Shown here one piece after another: positions 1 to 12,600 of a stretch of DNA of 64,000 bases. The stretch comes from Yuukianura sp. NJ FZ-2021 (taxonomy: Eukaryota). Numbering within the stretch: position 1 is the first letter of the stretch; the number at the start of each line of letters is the position of its first letter. The translations under genes and the position numbers were made by a program. Location of the stretch: contig CM102288.1 in the NCBI GenBank assembly GCA_046563655.1, positions 2,480,001 through 2,544,000 on the forward strand. The letters are read 5' to 3'. A model generated the notes under the pieces. That model worked only from the letters and a program-made list of their open reading frames with translations. It made no database searches and was not told the origin of the DNA.

Positions 1-1798
1 AAAGAGTGTGAAAAGTAGCTAAAAAGCTCAGGGAGACAAAGGGATTTTCTAAAACTTCAAAAACTTGTGAAAGTGGAAACATGAAAACTTGGATGAAAAG
101 AACCTCTTTATTTGCTTTCATCTTCTCACAAAAATTTTAGGAAAAAAATGACCTGAAGAAAACAAGTTTCTTGGTCAATTATGTCCCAGTGAAGTTGGAA
201 TTAGTATGAAAAAAAAAGTTATAAAATGCGAAAAGAAAAATTGGATGGGAACTTTCTCCAATTTGCACTAATCAAACAATGGAGCGAAAAGGAAAGTTCT
301 CTCCAAGGAACAACAATAATTATATATTAACTTTTAGCTACACAAAAAAAAACAGAAATGAGCTTGTTCAAATGAATTTTAGCCCTGTTTAATTTAAAAT
401 TGAAAACTAAACAGTGTTTAGGTTTTTCTGACTAAGTTCAAAGTCAAATGAATTTCTCAGTGAATTCACCCATAGTTGTTCAAAAAAATTCAAAGTTTCC
501 ATTCAGCGACGTTAAAGCTTACCTAACCAAGAGATTTTTTTTTTGACAAATGTTGACTTTGAATTTGAAAAGGGAAGGGCGCGGATTCACAAAATTTCGT
601 GCCATTTTGCCAAAAAAGGACGAAAGGGGATAGGGAAGTCAAGCGGAAGTGGGAGTGAAAGCCATCGGTTAATTTAGTTTCGTCAGTTGATGTCCTAATT
701 TCCTGTTTCATCCCAAAAACCTAAGCATTTCTAACCATAGAACAAACTTTGCTCATCTCCATTAACCTAACAAACCTTATCCCACACACTAGCCTCATAA
801 ACCTAACCTAAACACTAGACTAATTAGCCAGCAGAAATCAACTGGAGGGCGGAACCTAGCCAACATTCTAATTCGATTTAAACTCATCATCCAAAAACTT
901 CATTTAATCAATCACACTGCTAAAAACACAGCAACACATTCTCCCTTCAAAATTAGTTTAGCTGAACTTCACTTTGTAAAATGTCAAATTCTGTCGGAAA
1001 ACAACAACAACAGAGAGATGATGAAAACTTTCTAAAGTCGTGAGCCGTCTACATGTAGATACTCAAATCTCAAACAGTTTCAAGCGTTTCTTTAGCATTT
1101 GAGGCACGTATGCCAAATTAACTTTCTGCCACTAACGGGGACCCTCAGCCTCAAGCGGCACCATCAAGCAGCGCCTTTGGTCACAGTCACAGTGCGTAGC
1201 TTTTACAAATTTCAAAATCTGCTGCTCCTTTGTGTATTTAAGATTAGTCTATGTCTCCTTAGGGAAAACTTTGGTGCGTTGAGTCAAATAGGTATAATCG
1301 TTTTTGTTGAAAACTTGTGAAACTGTCAATGTGGTGCCAAGAATTACTAAAACTGAAACGGTTTTGATTATGTTAACACTCAAAGTTACTCAAATTCACT
1401 CCTCCGAATGCCAAAAGCTATGCTTGAGGAACAGAAACAGACATATTTCACAACAACTTTTCTAGCAAAAAAAAAAGTGAACAATTTTGTTTTGGAATCC
1501 AAATCAAATAATTTTTCCAACAAAACTGGAGAAAGCGAGAGAAAAGTGACAAATTTGCCAAAAGTAACAAGGTTGCCAAAAAATTGACAGTTTTTCTCCT
1601 TGTTCTAATAAATTGAATTCTCTCAGCAGGGAATCAATTTACGAAAAAAAAATATTTTCTATGACGAGCTCTCATAACGTTTGACAAATTATAAAAAACC
1701 AACCTCCTATTTGTCTCCTTCTACTCCTTCAACGATTCGTTTTAACTTTCACTTTTAAAATTGGGATCCTAAACAACGAAAACCAAAAATATCATTAC

Positions 1799-4700
1799 CT
1801 GTCTCCACGCTAGACGATTCTGTGTTGTCTTCCTTCCCTTCTCCAGCAGCGATTTCCGGAATTTCGTCTGGAACGACGTCGTCTGGAGATTCGACCTGTT
1901 CGACCTCTGCTAATTCTTCCGGAATCAAACGACCACCGTTTTCTTCTCCTCCACCTTCAGCCTTTCCCTCTTCTGATCCACTCTCTCCAAGGTCACGGCA
2001 GAGGTCAAGGTCAAGAACCTCGATGGGCTCTTGCACTACTACGACGCAGGATGTGCCTGATTCTGGACTGTGTGTACATTCCGCTGAGTGATTCTGCAGG
2101 AGAAAGTCGGGGGAAGGTGAGTCATGATGGTCTTCAGCAGAGGTACTGCTGGACCAAGAGCCTTTCTCCTCTGCGGGTGTCCCACTTTCTTCTTCTGCCT
2201 CCCGTTCTTCGGTCGATATCCCCGTTTCCTCCTGCGCCGACGCAGCATCGGCTCCAGTACCAAGAGCAGCAGCCACGGCCATCCCACGCTCCTCGTCGGA
2301 ACAGCCACGACTTTCTCCTGCTTTGTGTTCCTTCCAGGCCAATTCGAAGCCCCTTGGCCCAACGGCACTAGCAGCACTTTCTCCAAATTGCATCCGCTCT
2401 TCATCTTCTGCCGCCTCTTCTTCTTCAGGCTCCTCCAAAATCGTTGTCATTTCCCATTCAAAGATTCGAGGTCCATTATTCTCACACTCTCCTTGTTCCT
2501 CATCGTAGTAGCCACCTTCTTCTTCTTCATCCTCGTAATCTTCGCATTCTGGAGTAATAGTGTCCGAGTCAGAGTCAATACTTTCCTCTCCTTCTCCAGA
2601 ATCTGGTTCAATCGTAGATGAAATGAAAGCAGACCCTGAAAAAACAACATGAAAATTGCATTAGTACACAAGTTTTGTTTGAAAAGCTTTTAAAGTGCAT
2701 ACATAAACTGAATGTTTCATGGAAAGCGTGGGCTCAATTGAGTTTCCAAATGACTTTGCGGAAAAATAGAGTTCGGAATGGAAACCTGGACAAAATGCAG
2801 TACAAAATTGGTTGGGACGTCCTTGACAGGGGGCTTACGGGGTGAGTTTATTAGCTGGAAGCTGTTTGGGTAGAGAAAGTTATGTGAAAGTCTCCTGAGC
2901 CTTTGGAATGGACGTCATCGAGCCTAACCTAACCTCCCACACGTTTACTTTCACTTGTTGCTACCCAACGAACTGGAGAAAATTCCATAATGAACACGAG
3001 GAAGAACTTGGAAGAAGAGGAAAAGGGAGATGCGGGCATTTTAGCAATTGAGCAAATTAGGAAACGTACGTTAGCATTTCCAATGGGAGAGAAGACTAAG
3101 GTTTCACACATCTACGCTGCCTTATCATCATCTTCCAGCTTTTCCAGGAGGACAAAAGGACACTGGCCAAATCACTGCCAGATTTACTTTCTACGCGCCT
3201 TTTCTTTTCCACGTCAGCTCCTCCTTTCTCTGCTAAAACTTTTGTCCATTTCATAATCGACTCACAAAAAAAAACTATTCATTTTCAAACTACAGCTTGC
3301 TGTTTGAAAATGAATATGAATAAAAATAAGAAATAAAAACTTGTAGTCTACAAGTTACGTTAAGCTGCATTTCTAAAGCTCACTCCAAAAATTTGGTTTT
3401 CATTTTGGCTGGCGAGAAAAATTTAAAACAAAAATCTGGACAGATTTTAGAGCAAAACCAAAATAAGACCAAAATTTTTGTTTTCATTTGAAGCAACCGC
3501 CCAATAGTAACGGAAGTACTGTGTGGCTTTACATTGAAAAATGGAAGCTTTCAAAAAAATACGAAAATTCGATACGATTCGTTAAAATTTTTATTGAGCG
3601 GAGTAAATGCTCGAAAAACCATACAAACTGAAAAGAAAATCTTGATTTTGGTTTCTTTTTTGAAAATTCGGCAAATGACTTTGAATGTTTTTCTTCGTGA
3701 CAAAACCAATTACATCCGCAAAATTGATCTTTTAAGTTTAGAAAATGATGTAAAAGCTTCGTGTTTTTAGAATTTGAAAGGATTACGTCAAGCTACAAAC
3801 TTTTGTTTCAAACTTTTTTCTTCTCTTTTCAGAAAATAATGGCGCATTACTACAATGAAAAAGTTCTTTTTAGAGCAATTTTCGGCTTGTCGACTGACTT
3901 TTTAGCAGAAAAGGAGAAGCCGACAGCGATTTTAACGCGTAACTGTCTACTTTTATAAGAAAAACTGTAACAAAACTTTGTGAATAGCCCAGAAAAAATT
4001 TGTGCAAAAAGATGATTTACGATGTGGGATTTAACACGTATGACCGATTGTTAGACACTCCGGAGCTTAATTAAAGGGCTTCAGTAGGCTTTTCATTTTC
4101 ACTCTATTTTTGGTAGAGGTTGAGTTGGTTTTGTGTTCTTTGGTATAAAATACATTAGATTTCGAGAATGAAAGGACTCAAGGGACTCGTTCTAACGTAA
4201 CGATCTCGGTGACTTGTGGGAATGAAATTATGAGATCTTCCAGGCTTCGGAGTTGGGAATTTAATCTACTTGGAGAAGCACGAGATCATGGCTACGCTTA
4301 AATCGAGACCTTACAAGCGCTCAACTCACTACTTCAACTGTAGTTTGAAAATCTAGAAGAAAACGAGGGTACTTAATGCATGAGAGCTTCCTTATGCGCC
4401 CCACAGAACAATCAGTTCAGGACTTAAACGATTCCAACTTTCGTAATTCTGAAAAATCAGAGTTATGGTGATACCCCTCCTAAAGTTTCATTATTTGATG
4501 AAGGGACTTTTTATTTGACTTGAACAAGTTGGGGGCCCTTAGAACCTACCAGGATGTAAGAGCTTATGTGCCGAGGAGACAGCCAGCAGGTTCCAAGGCC
4601 CCTGTTTCACTTGAACCTTGTTCAAGTCAAATGGGTTTATGAGGGCAAAGGGAAATCTAAAGTGGCGGCAGAAGGATATTGAGCAGCGCTGTGGCTCCAT

Positions 4701-5070
4701 GGAGCCGCGGCGGTGCTGTTTACTCAGCCGTTTCCCCCCACGGTTCCTTCGTAAATACATGACCCACCTGTTTCGTCGTCTTTTTCTGGCGGCCCTGATT
4801 TGAGCCAACGGATTTCCGGTCTGCGAACTTCCGTTCCATCTTCCTCGTCCTCCGTGTTCCCATCTTTGATCTTCTTCTTTAGGATTCCGGCGGCCTCTTC
4901 TTGTAACAAGCGCAGCTTTGCCTCCAATCCAAAATCTGCAAAGAGACAACACAGAAATCAATTATTTGCAAATTGTTAGGCTTGTCACATCATTAGGGAG
5001 TGTTACGTTGGGCTGGGACGAAAGAACATCTAGACTTACCAAAAATTGTACTTAGGATGACACCAGACAT
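1799..5070 (-). CDS. Acidic, low-complexity protein of unknown function (5' part; continues leftward beyond the exons found)
   Basis: Three phase-compatible GT-AG exons, 5040-5070 (ATG; MSGVILSTIF), 4768-4935 and 1799-2635, join into one frame (..DFGLEAKLRLLQEE..KDDETGSAFISSTIEPDSGEG..EWEMTTILEEPEEEE..SSVETG). Ends at donor G|GTAATG with no stop. No domain recognised. Confidence 0.7.
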
Positions 5071-6216
5071 TTCCGTTCCGTTTCACTTCACTTTGTCAAT
5101 TTCACTTGCTCAAAAAATTCACTTTTGATAGTCTTCCAAAAGTAAATGGAGCGTAGAAATTTCACGACTCAACACATTTCAATTCCGATTTTGATTCTTA
5201 GCACATCAGAAGCAACGTACACACCGGCATCGGTATTGACACTACAAAAACAAAACACAGATAAGACGTAAATTAATACTTGCTGATTAGATGATTAAGA
5301 TTCTGTCATTTACTGCGGTGGAAGTGCGTATGTTGATGTTAATGAGGCCGAAAGTGGTCACTAGGTCACTGATTGATGCTCGATTGACAGAAACTTGTAG
5401 GGAACAATAAGAAAACAGCAAGAACCACATGCTAAGGAGCCGCAGCAGGAGAGTCAAGAGATACGTCCTTCCCACAGACCCGTAGTGTAGACACTAATTG
5501 ACTCCCTTCAACAATCTTCCCGTCTCTCCACTACTAAGTCAGCGTAGTATTCTTGTGCTCGTAAGGTCGTTCCATTGTTGGTTGTTACACTCCTTTTCAC
5601 TATAACATCAATTGACAGACAGACATGCAAGGGTTATTGAAACACTTTTACGAACAAGAGAAACTTTTTCAATTATTTCGAAAAAAAAAAGGCTACTTAC
5701 TTTGACAAGAAAGGTAAGAATAGGAGAATAATCATCAGCCCCCTCCGCTTCGTGTCACCCGTTGTAACTAAGGAGAGGTGAGAACCAGGACGAGGTCACT
5801 TTCTTTATCCGCTTTCTCCAGGGACCCTTGAAGGGTTCACCCGGAGTACTTGTGATCCTGATCCTGCTGATTCCTCGTCTTTCACAGTCAATTCTCAGGT
5901 ATGGAGGCGACGACGGTTAGATCTTCTATCCTTCTAGAATTCCAACGGGACAGGAACAGGGACGATCACTGCCAGCCAATTGCGTGTAAGTCACAAAAAT
6001 CGTCACGACGTCTCAATATTTCTTGAATTTTGCCATCGACGGAGAATGAATCGTTGAAATTCCAGACTTTTCTTGAACATTATTGCGGAATGCGGAGGAG
6101 GGGAGTGCGATTTGCGAAAAAATGGAGATGTGTCAGATGTAGGTTTTCCACTTGTTTTTGAATGCGACGCGAGTGGCGGGAAAATTTTTGAAAAATATAA
6201 ACAAAACAGTTCCAGT

Positions 6217-7115
6217 CATAGATGGGAGTCCTCACTGTCCTCTTTGAGGATTCCTCAAAGAGGACAGCTTTTTTTCAGAAATTGAAGTTTGAGGATTTGA
6301 GGACTGAAAATTGGATGAGGATTGAGGAAAGAGGATTTGAGGACTGAGATCTGAATGAGGAATGAGGAAAGAGTAATTGAGGACTGAAAGTAAGATGAGG
6401 AATGAGTTTTGAAGACTTGAGGATTGAGTTTGGCGTGAGGATTGAGGAAAAGAGCAATACTCTTTTTCACTAAAAAGCGAAGTAAAATTTCAGACTTGAG
6501 ACTTTAAAATGTTGAAATGCATAGGAAAGCAACAACCGCGGTTGTTTCAAATTCATTTTTGATCAAATTTTGCTTTGCATACTTTACCTCCCTGCCACAG
6601 CCTGTCTTTTTTTTTCATTGCTGGTACTTTGGCAAGATCTTGACGGTCTAGAATTACAATTGAATTGTTCGAAAACGTATTAATGGTTCGTCAGCATCTC
6701 CTGAACTCGACTGTTAATTAACAATCGCGATTGTTTTTTAAAGTCAATACTTGTGCTGACATTATTATCGTAGTTGAAAAGATTTATGTAGATTCGGAGT
6801 TAACACTAACTAAATACTACATTACTTAACTGTAGTATATAACCAAACTTTTGCCATTTAACATCCTTACACTGGAATCCTACCGAGTTTCCGGGAAATG
6901 TTCACAATGAGGATTGAGGAATGAGTTTTTGAGGACTGAAATTCAGGTGAGGATTGAAGTTTGAATATTTGAGGACTGATTTTTCAAAGAGGAGTGAGGA
7001 ATGAGTTTTTGAGGACTGAAATCCCGTTGAGGATTGAGGAAAGAGGTTTTGAGGATTGAAATTTCGTTGAGGATTGAGGAAATGAGGAGTTACTCATTGA
7101 GGACTCCCATCTATG
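6217..7115. mobile_element. Non-autonomous DNA transposon (MITE), 899 bp, P- or hAT-type
   Basis: Perfect 18-bp TIR CATAGATGGGAGTCCTCA (6217-6234 / 7098-7115). 8-bp TSD GTTCCAGT (6209-6216, 7116-7123). Arrays of TGAGGA(T/C)TGA motifs at about 6280-6450 and 6908-7100. No transposase ORF. Confidence 0.92.
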
Positions 7116-9689
7116 GTTCCAGTCTCATCTTACCCGAATATGAACCATTCTCAACTTAAGACTCATAATCAGTTTTTCCTAATTTTGTGTATAAATATTT
7201 TTTAACCGACGTGTTAATTACTCATTACATTAATTATTTTTGTTGACGCTATTTTAGTACAATACAATTACACTTACTTATATTTTAGGTCACAATTACA
7301 ACAATAACCTTCATAATTTAGAATACAAAATAATAAATAAATAATGCTAGAAGCCTTCGCATCAAACTTTAAACTGTTGGTTGCATTGAGTCCATCCTAT
7401 GACATTTTTGAACAAAAATTAACAGGGCGGCAAACCCTAGCAGCAAATTTAGCACTTGTCTTGTCTTTTGTTCTACAAACGCACGACATTTTTGTGCAAA
7501 TTGCAATTTGTGTTTGCCATTTTTTGCTCGTTTTAAACCAACCAAAAAATTGCGTGATAAGAGGCCGAGCTACTTTCCCTTGAAAGTTTCCTCTTGCTTG
7601 GAAACTTTTTTGTCCCTAGCTTGTTAGTTAAAGTTAACGTTAAATGTTAATCAGTTTTTAAAAACCTTGGTAGTGGTTATAAAGGAAAAACAGAAGAAAT
7701 CAAGTGTGCCAATTAAAAATGCAAATGAGGCTTAAACAAAAAGTCGATGGCCGACATGACAAGATCTTGCGGAGAGAAAAAAAATGCGAAAATTCGCAAC
7801 GCACACAGGTGATAAAAAGAGAGTAGAATTTCCGTTCAAGTTTTTTTCAATTAAAAAAAAACTTGCCAAAAAAGAAAACAACAACAAATTACACGGCAGT
7901 AGTTTTTCTATTAATTTTTTCATTGCGTAAAACGTAAGTGCCAATTCTTGTTCATTGTTTGCATTGATTCGAAACGCTTACTCATTTCGCCCCCCACCCC
8001 CATTGTTTTCTCCTCCCCACCCCCGTTAATAACCTATAAGTACAATGTAGTTAGACAATTTGCCAAATTGCAAATTTTTCAAAATTATTGAAAAATTTGA
8101 ACAAAAGAATGAAAAATGACAGACGCGTGTGAAGTACCTGTAACAAATGCATTATTGCAGACAGGGTAAAGCCGTGTGTCATTTCCATTGTGTCGAAATA
8201 ACGGCATTTTTCGCACGTTTTTGACAATATAGCCTCAAAACTCAAAAAATAAAAATTTCAAAATTAACATTCTTTGAGGCTACACTCGGATTCAACCTTC
8301 TTAAAACCTCAATTGACACGAACCTGTCATTTCTGGGATTAAAAACTTCCTATTTTCTGAGGTTTTTACCATAACCTCATGCTCAACAATGAACTCTGAA
8401 ATGTAAACTTTTTAAAACAACAATGGGAAGAACAATTGACAAAAAACAGAAGTCTCCGTCAATCATAAATGCAAAGCAAAAGGTCTACCGCCCTCCGTCC
8501 ACCGGATGCTTTCCGTGGGAATTTCTCACAAGATGAAACGATTGTTCACATTAACGCTGGATTCCTAGAATCACAACGAGCGGAACGACCAAGCATTTTT
8601 CTTGGGGGATTTGAAATTCAAGAAACCAGTTCACTTCCCTTGATCCTGCAAACAGAATTAAAATATAATCATTTTTGTAATTATTTTTATAATTTCATAA
8701 GTGTAAATTATTACATAAAAAACACTCTCGAACCTCTAAAAAGTGATTTCTGTAATCATCCAGAGTGTTTCTCCCTCTCACCATTAAATTTCAAACGGAA
8801 AATGTACTTCCGGTCCCATCTTTCTCCCAAATCATTTTCCATTTCCATCTCTGGCTATTTTGCATAGAATCAAAATTTTAAAATTCAAATTTTGAAATAT
8901 CAGTTTTTCAAAAATCTTGTACAGAAAACAATGAAAGGAAAGGGCGGGGTACGCCAACTTTCTTCTTAACTCAGCAGCAGTTTACTACCCCGCACTTCCG
9001 TTTCCAAAAACACTCAATTTTTGTTCAATTTTGGAATTTTGAATATTAATTTGTATATTTCAAGTTTTTCAATACATAATAGATTTTTTTTTGTCTTGCT
9101 CCAGGCAATTTTCCTAAATACGCGTAACGAAACTATTTTGTTTTCTTTTTCTACTTTTTTAAACATTTAGCTAACTGCGAAAGACATTTTAACTAATAAC
9201 TCTTTGTTATCAAACTAAATAAGCCTAAAAGTACACAAAACAACTGAACTTTCGTAACAAAACATTGATTTTTAGAAAAACTACGCTAAATAATAGGAAG
9301 TTCTTCCACAGGAATCCTTTTCACTTTTAGTTCACTCTTTTTAGTGCTAAAGTTCAACCCTAAACTAATCTAAGAAATCCAGTCTTCTTGTGTTTTGCAT
9401 ATTTTTTGGCCAACTTCCCTCTTACATTATACTTTCTCCTAAACTTACTAAAAACTAAAAAACTATGAAAATATCAAATTCTAAATAATACTAAATTTTG
9501 TAATTCAAAACAGTAGTTCTATCACAAAATAAATTTTTAACTCCAAATTCGAAATTATTGTTTAGAATCCTGGAGTAAGAGACACACTTACAACAGAACT
9601 GGAAGGAGTAACAAAAATTGACCTGGATTAACTGAACAATGAATTCCCACTTTTAAGTACCCTCTAATAAGTACCCACTTTTAGACTCT

Positions 9690-12600
9690 TCATCCAAAGT
9701 TTTCAAAGTGATGAATAAAGTAAGGCAGTTTGCGTCCCTTGTTCACTTCTTCACAACTTGACATGATCCCTTTGGTCAGTGGCCGTGGACCACACGAGAA
9801 CACTCCAATCTTACTCACGTGACTGTGCTTCTTTTGCACAAATTTTAAAAATGATGTCATGTCGGGACGACCAAAGTGGTTCACTGCTTTCAGCCCCGTG
9901 AACATACTCTTCTTCGAGAGCCGTTGAAAGTGGTTTTCACAAATATACTTAAGTAGCATAACAAAAAAGTTCGTTTTTCAATACTTTTTGTTCACAACAC
10001 AACATTAATTCTAAAAATCTCAAAAAAATCTGGACTTACCAACATTGTAGTTCTCAAATCAAACTTGTGGAAGAACTGAGTAATGAAAATGTGAATTTCC
10101 AAAACATTTGTTTTCGCATCCTTCTTTTCCACATCTCGCAATACGTCTATGAACCACTCAAAGTGACGATGCGACGGACAGATCCAGAGGAAGTACACCT
10201 AAAAACAAGTACAAAATTACTCAAATCCACCAAAATTCAAAAACTAGGCACTTTTCAAAATTTCACGCTCACTTTTTTACAAGCAACTCCAGAATAACGA
10301 TTCGTCGAAGTTCCAAACACCAAATCATTCAAAATTGATGCATACGGAGTTACACCAATTCCACCTCCAACCATCACAGCAACTTCGAATTTGTACCAAT
10401 CTTGATTTCCACCTCCAAACGGACCTTCCAGTCGAATCTAAAACAAAATTGCCAAAAAAATAGCACATTTTAGTGGACATGCAGAGATCTGAAAACTAAA
10501 AAGTCTAAAAAAAAATACAGGCCAACATTTCCTTAAAATTCAACTGGAGTTCAAGTTTTTACAGTAAAAGCAGTTTCATTTTCACTCAGATTCGATTTTT
10601 TTAAAATACTTTTCCCTACCCTTGGACTTTCCTCTTCTGGATTGTAATTGCACGGATCAAAGTAGTTGCGTAGTTTCCAAGTCCAGGGCCCTTGGGCCTT
10701 GATGTGACAACTGAGGAAATTCTCATGCGGAGCACTTGTGAGTGTAAATGAATGGAATTCATGAGGACGGAAGGAAGTGCATGCCAGGCGGACCCATTGA
10801 CCTGACAAGTACTTGAAATTCGGTGGCCGGTAGTACTTAATTTTAATGACATCCGATGGGAGTAGTTCTGTTTCAATAATGTCCAGTTCCATGTACTTTG
10901 TGCGGAGTGAAACCACTTTGTCCAGGGTATAAATTATCCCTGGACCGATGAAATACATCCAGAAGCGTGGCGTTCCTGTCAGTCTTGCAAGTCCATGAAC
11001 GAGACACAGAATGTATAGGACGATATAGAGCTTGTGAGCTGAGAAGAAGAACTTGTAGGCCTGCTTCCGGATCGTTGGATGAGCAAAGACGAAGATGATG
11101 GACATGACAGTGAAGAGGAGCAAACCCGTGACTCCTGTCACTGTTTGGAACAACCAGTAGAAAATGGTTGGGCGCTGGTCGGACTGGAACAGCATTTCCT
11201 TGGTGAGACACCGTAGGTGATCAACTGGCTGGGTTGAAACATGGTAAAAGTTGACAATGTGCCCGACGGTGTGTAAGACTGAGAAGAACAGGGCCGTGCA
11301 GGCAACGATTTTGTGAAACTGGATATGTGAGTCCAGCGGAATGTACTGCTGGATTGGAAAGTCCTTCAACTTGGTCAACAAATTCCTGGACATTGTTAGG
11401 AGGAGAAGCGAGTAGCAAAATGACAGTGATGCTGCTGAACCACGCGTAATTGCTATTCCGACGCCCATGATGTGTCTCAAATCCGTGTGTTCAGCCATGA
11501 ACGAATAGTCTGAAAAAAAAACAAAAAGGAAAAATCAAAATCAAAAAAGCCCAAAATCATCACAAAACCAGAAAATTTTCTGAAATCTTGTTCATTTAAA
11601 ACTTTTCGCTCTCCAAAATACTTCCAACATTCCACGCTCCAACTGATGCTACCTCGTGACCTCGTTTGACCTTGCCCTTCTAGATAATTACAACTTCATT
11701 AACACCAAAATCTCTTCTTTTTGCACTTGATTTACAAAAACTGGAGCATATTTTTTCAAGTTTCAAGTGCAACTCCTTTTTGCACAAGGTATCAACTTCA
11801 AAAGTACAACCAATTGTTTCTAAAATCTCATTGTTCTCATTAACTTTGACATGTTGTTCCGCTGATTTACATAACAGTTCATCCAATTGTTGATTTTGCA
11901 ACCATAAATCATATCATCAATGACTTCCAAGGAAAAGGAACAACTTTTCCTCCCCCTGCGGGTTCGTATTTCAAAAGTTCAAAAAAATGAGAGTCATCTT
12001 GAATTATTTACTAGACTTGTCAATTTTCAATGGATAAGGTTAATTAGTTGCCAAAGAACAATCAGACTAGTCAAAACAGAGGTCAAATGGGAGCAAGGTC
12101 AACTCATACATGCACAAATTAACAGAAAAACAGCAGCAGTACTCTCTGCTTCTGTAAGTATTGGGAAAACCCAATCGAAATTCAAAGCACAAATGAAACC
12201 AAATTACAATAATGTAAGTTCTAATTGCAAATAATTGCAATCACAATTAAATTTAAACTAATTGATTATAATTAAATATTCTGAAGGCATCACTTACGTA
12301 TAAATCTTTCCACAAACAGAGCAATCGTGAGGACATAAAAGACAAAGAGGTAGAAAATGTGCTGCCGATTTTCTTCTAGAAAAGTCGTCACAGAATCCCA
12401 GTGTTTGCGGATTTTCGAGCGATACTTTTCCGTGACCGTGTCAATATGAAAGCTCGTCATCCTGAAACCACAAAAAAAGTTCAAAATTCAACATCGCTTA
12501 TAAAAATAAATTCAGAAGCTTACTAAAAATTCCAACCTAAACAGGTTGATTGTACGTAAATGATGATTTTAGTAACTTTACCTTGCAACATTAGTCGAAG

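Noticed and set aside
3276..3316. 15-bp-arm AT-rich hairpin
   Set aside because: Too short and AT-rich to call a miRNA or element.
6280..7100. CRISPR-like array or other prokaryotic system
   Set aside because: The repeats are degenerate transposon subterminal motifs in spliced eukaryotic DNA; no cas or intronless bacterial-like gene was found.
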